From positions 1,550,001-1,614,000 of the forward strand of contig PS015009.1 of assembly GCA_048213135.1 (NCBI GenBank): DNA of 64,000 nucleotides, in the 5' to 3' direction. The notes beneath the pieces are model-generated. The model saw only the letters and a list, made by a program, of their open reading frames with translations. It searched no databases and was not told where the DNA came from. Positions 61,222-64,000 of this stretch are shown in pieces. Position 1 is the first letter of the stretch. The number at the start of each line of letters is the position of its first letter. The DNA comes from Reclinomonas americana ATCC 50394 (taxonomy: Eukaryota). Position numbers and translations under genes: made by a program.

Positions 61222-63576
61222 TTAAAACTTATACGACACCGTAAACCTCACATTAATTCCCGGCTCCGCCTGCCAGTAAAAGTAATTACTATACGGCGCG
61301 CCGGAATAGAGGTATTGGTTCAAAATGTTATTCACCACTACATTGAAACCGATCTTTTCTTTTTGATAAGATACACTACCATCTAACCTGAAATAATCAG
61401 GCAGACTGTTCTCTGATCCGTCAAACACATACCAGGGCGAACGTTTGGCCTGGTACTGGTAACCTACGGAAACACCCAGGCCGTTGAGTTTGCCTTTATC
61501 GAGGCGGTAGTTCAGCCATGTGTTCTGCACATGTTTGCTGGAGCCGGGTACCTGGTTGCCTACGTTCTCAGCCTTGCTGTCTTTGGTTACTTTGGCTTCG
61601 GTGAAGGCGTAGTTAACGATCACATCCAGGCCGCGAACGATCTGTCCTTTAATATCCACTTCCACACCTTTGGTTTTTTGTTCACCTGACTGACGGCTGT
61701 AATAACCTCCCGATGGGTTGGGATGATCGAGGTCGGCGGTGAGTACGTTCTTACGGGTGATCTGGTACACAGATACGGCTGAGTTCCACTTACCATTCAG
61801 CCAGTCTTTTTTAACACCAAACTCCAGGTTGTTGCCAACGATGGGGTCGAAGCTTTTCTTCTGCCAGTCGGACCCATAGTTTTCCATGAACGACTGATCG
61901 TTGAGGAAGTATACAGAAGTGTTCTTATCAATAGAATAACTCAACCCAACACGCGGTGTAACACGGTTGTTGCGGAAGTCGCCGCTGTATACATCACCGG
62001 TTTTGAGTGAGGTGAATCTTCCGGCAAGAGTGAGGCGCAGTTTGTTGTTGAAGAAACCGAGTTCGTCCTGCAAATACACACCGGTGTAAGCATTGTAATA
62101 GCGTACACCCCTTTCGCGGATGTTTTTACTGCGGTCGAATGTGGGAGCAGTGGCTTGTCCGTACACGGGTGCGTAAATGTTGAAGTCGGCACCGCCCAGG
62201 GGAGCGCCCTGGTTCCAGTCGTGGAAGTATTCTTTATTGCTGAGGTCAACACCTGCTAGAAGCTTGTGGGTGATGGCACCGGTACGTTCTTCACCGGTAA
62301 TAAAGAGCTGCCCCATTTTGCTGGTGCCCAGCACATCCCATATAGAGATGCCGCGCTGCAGCAGGCTGTCGTTGCTGGCATCAAAACCCCAGGGCCACAG
62401 GCTGGCGCCTTCCTGGTTATAATTGAAGTACGCGGCCTGTGCGGTAAACTTCCAGTTGTTGTTGATCTTATGATCGAAGATGAGGAGCAGGCTTTGGTCG
62501 GTCATCTTTGTGGGTGCGAGGTTGCTCTCTGCTTTGGTAAAGCTTTTGGGCAAATCGGCATAGCCGCGTTTGGAGAACACGTAGTTGGAACCAATCACAT
62601 TTACTTCGGAAAACTGGCGGGTGTACTCGGCAGTGAGCGAAGTATGTTCATCGAAAACATATTTAAGCACCGGCACTACGGAGTAGCGGTTGTTGTAATC
62701 GAACTTGCGGTGCGAGCCTTTGAGTTGTCCCATCACGTTTAAACGATAGAGGAGTTTGCCGTCTTTAGACAGTTTACCATCCAGGTCGAGCGCTGCACGG
62801 TACAGGTCGAAGCTGCCGAGGGAGATGCTGGCTTCGCCTTTGTTGCGACCGCTGGGCTTTTTGGTAACTACATTGTAGAAACCACTGGGGTCGCCATTGG
62901 CGAGCATAAAACCTGCGGGGCCTTTTACAAATTCAATACGTTCTACCATGCTCATGTCTTCGGTAAGCGGACCCCAGTCGGTAGACACGTTCATACCATT
63001 GCGGAAGGCGCCTACATTGCTGCCCCGCATGGTGATGCGTGCATAGTTGTCCCAGTGTTCGATACGGGTGGCGCCGCTTACGTTGCGGGTAACGCCTTCG
63101 AGCATATCAAATATCTGCTGGTTGCCGATGAGTTTGGCGGTAACCACCTGCACATTCTGTGGTATCTCAAGAATAGGGCTTTGCAGACGCAGCGAACCGG
63201 AGAGCCTGTTGGTTTTAAAACTGTTCTTATTAGCGACTACCACCACTTCGTTGAGGTCTTTGTTGGAAAGGGTGAGTTTGATGTCGATTGGTGTGGCTTC
63301 GCTGCTTTTTACGGTTACGTCCTGCTCTACGTCTTTATAACCGATGAGGCTGAGCTGCAGGGTATAGGTGCCGGGAGTAAGATTTTTTATTTCGAAGGCA
63401 CCGGTATTGTCGGCCACGGCATTCTTACCGGTGTTCTTAATAATTACGGATACGCCTTCGGCGGGTTTGTTGTCGGATGTGGTGATCTTTCCTTTAATGC
63501 TGCCGGTTGTTTGAGCGAAGCAGTTTAAAGACAATAGCAGTGTAATGAGTAGTGTGCTGATGTTTGTTCTGGTCAT
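61222..63576 (-). CDS. TonB-dependent siderophore-type receptor with N-terminal carboxypeptidase-regulatory-like domain
   Basis: Signal peptide; EIPQNVQV, ERIEFVKGP, NVVTKKP plug motifs; C-terminal F. Confidence 0.95.
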   Translation of the reverse strand: MTRTNISTLLITLLLSLNCFAQTTGSIKGKITTSDNKPAEGVSVIIKNTGKNAVADNTGAFEIKNLTPGTYTLQLSLIGYKDVEQDVTVKSSEATPIDIKLTLSNKDLNEVVVVANKNSFKTNRLSGSLRLQSPILEIPQNVQVVTAKLIGNQQIFDMLEGVTRNVSGATRIEHWDNYARITMRGSNVGAFRNGMNVSTDWGPLTEDMSMVERIEFVKGPAGFMLANGDPSGFYNVVTKKPSGRNKGEASISLGSFDLYRAALDLDGKLSKDGKLLYRLNVMGQLKGSHRKFDYNNRYSVVPVLKYVFDEHTSLTAEYTRQFSEVNVIGSNYVFSKRGYADLPKSFTKAESNLAPTKMTDQSLLLIFDHKINNNWKFTAQAAYFNYNQEGASLWPWGFDASNDSLLQRGISIWDVLGTSKMGQLFITGEERTGAITHKLLAGVDLSNKEYFHDWNQGAPLGGADFNIYAPVYGQATAPTFDRSKNIRERGVRYYNAYTGVYLQDELGFFNNKLRLTLAGRFTSLKTGDVYSGDFRNNRVTPRVGLSYSIDKNTSVYFLNDQSFMENYGSDWQKKSFDPIVGNNLEFGVKKDWLNGKWNSAVSVYQITRKNVLTADLDHPNPSGGYYSRQSGEQKTKGVEVDIKGQIVRGLDVIVNYAFTEAKVTKDSKAENVGNQVPGSSKHVQNTWLNYRLDKGKLNGLGVSVGYQYQAKRSPWYVFDGSENSLPDYFRLDGSVSYQKEKIGFNVVVNNILNQYLYSGAPYSNYFYWQAEPGINVRFTVSYKF

Positions 63577-63626
63577 CTGTTTATTTACAATTTTCTGTTT
63601 ACGATTTACGATTGTTTACAGCTGTA

Positions 63627-63943
63627 GTCATGCTGACGCAGGAAGCATCTCATTCAATTGGAAAGAGATCCCTCGTACCTCGGGATGACAGCAGGCGGTT
63701 ATTGCTTTTTCAAACGGCAGGCGAGCGTTAAGGAGTCGTCATTAGCAGGCGCAAAAGTATTGCAGGTGTGGGGCGTACACTTTGGATATCGGGAAAAGTG
63801 TTTACGAATAAAGGAATGGAAAGGAATTATGACAGAAGGATGATGTGGGAGGTCATGGGTTTGTAATGTTAACCGCAGAGAAATGAGATCCCTCGTACCT
63901 CGGGATGACAGCTGCGTCGGGATGACGCTGTACTCGGGATGAC
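63627..63943. repeat. REP/REPIN-like copies (63627-63689 and 63885-63943)
   Basis: GAGATCCCTCGTACCTCGGGATGAC at 63665 and 63885; partial CGGGATGAC copies. Confidence 0.85.
63752..63759 (-). promoter_or_regulatory. -7 element TACTTTTG, candidate TonB receptor promoter
   Basis: TAnnTTTG on the minus strand about 175 nt upstream of the ATG. Confidence 0.5.
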
Positions 63944-64000
63944 AATCCAATAAGGCTTTGCGTAACTCTGCGCTCTTATGTTCTTTGCGGTTACTTATGT

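Noticed and set aside
63700-63800. Fluoride or cobalamin riboswitch upstream of the TonB receptor (GCTAATGAC...CTCCT on the minus strand)
   Set aside because: Lacks the 5' GG.GATG stem of the fluoride motif and any B12 box

Overview
A 64-kb chromosomal segment from a Bacteroidota genome, probably Chitinophagaceae-like. This is inferred from T9SS C-terminal sorting domains, TAnnTTTG -7 promoters, C/A-rich leaders without Shine-Dalgarno motifs, and a TonB receptor. I saw no rRNA, tRNA, CRISPR array, integrase or transposase. About 1-48 kb is mostly ordinary genes: an M36 protease, two-component systems, ferritin, a nuclease, a macro-domain protein, LemA/DUF2207, three aspartyl proteases, an M16 pair, a 2-oxoacid dehydrogenase E1, a T9SS/S74 fibre cluster and a Na+/H+ antiporter. 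About 48-64 kb is accessory and repeat-rich. It holds an AT-rich lipoprotein(PCPxxC)/membrane protein/histidine kinase cassette, two paralogous unknown genes separated by a 21-bp boxed tandem array, and an AT-rich type II R-M island (two endonucleases, one C5 methyltransferase, Vsr, XRE regulator). It also has REP/REPIN-like palindromes and two nested pairs of inverted repeats, one of which copies the start of the PepSY gene. Other highlights are a candidate small RNA at about 405-478 that is antisense to the start region of the next gene, a truncated SusR/DUF6377-like sensor, and a VWA gene split at an A-AAA-AAG slippery site. All family calls come from motif recognition, not database searches.
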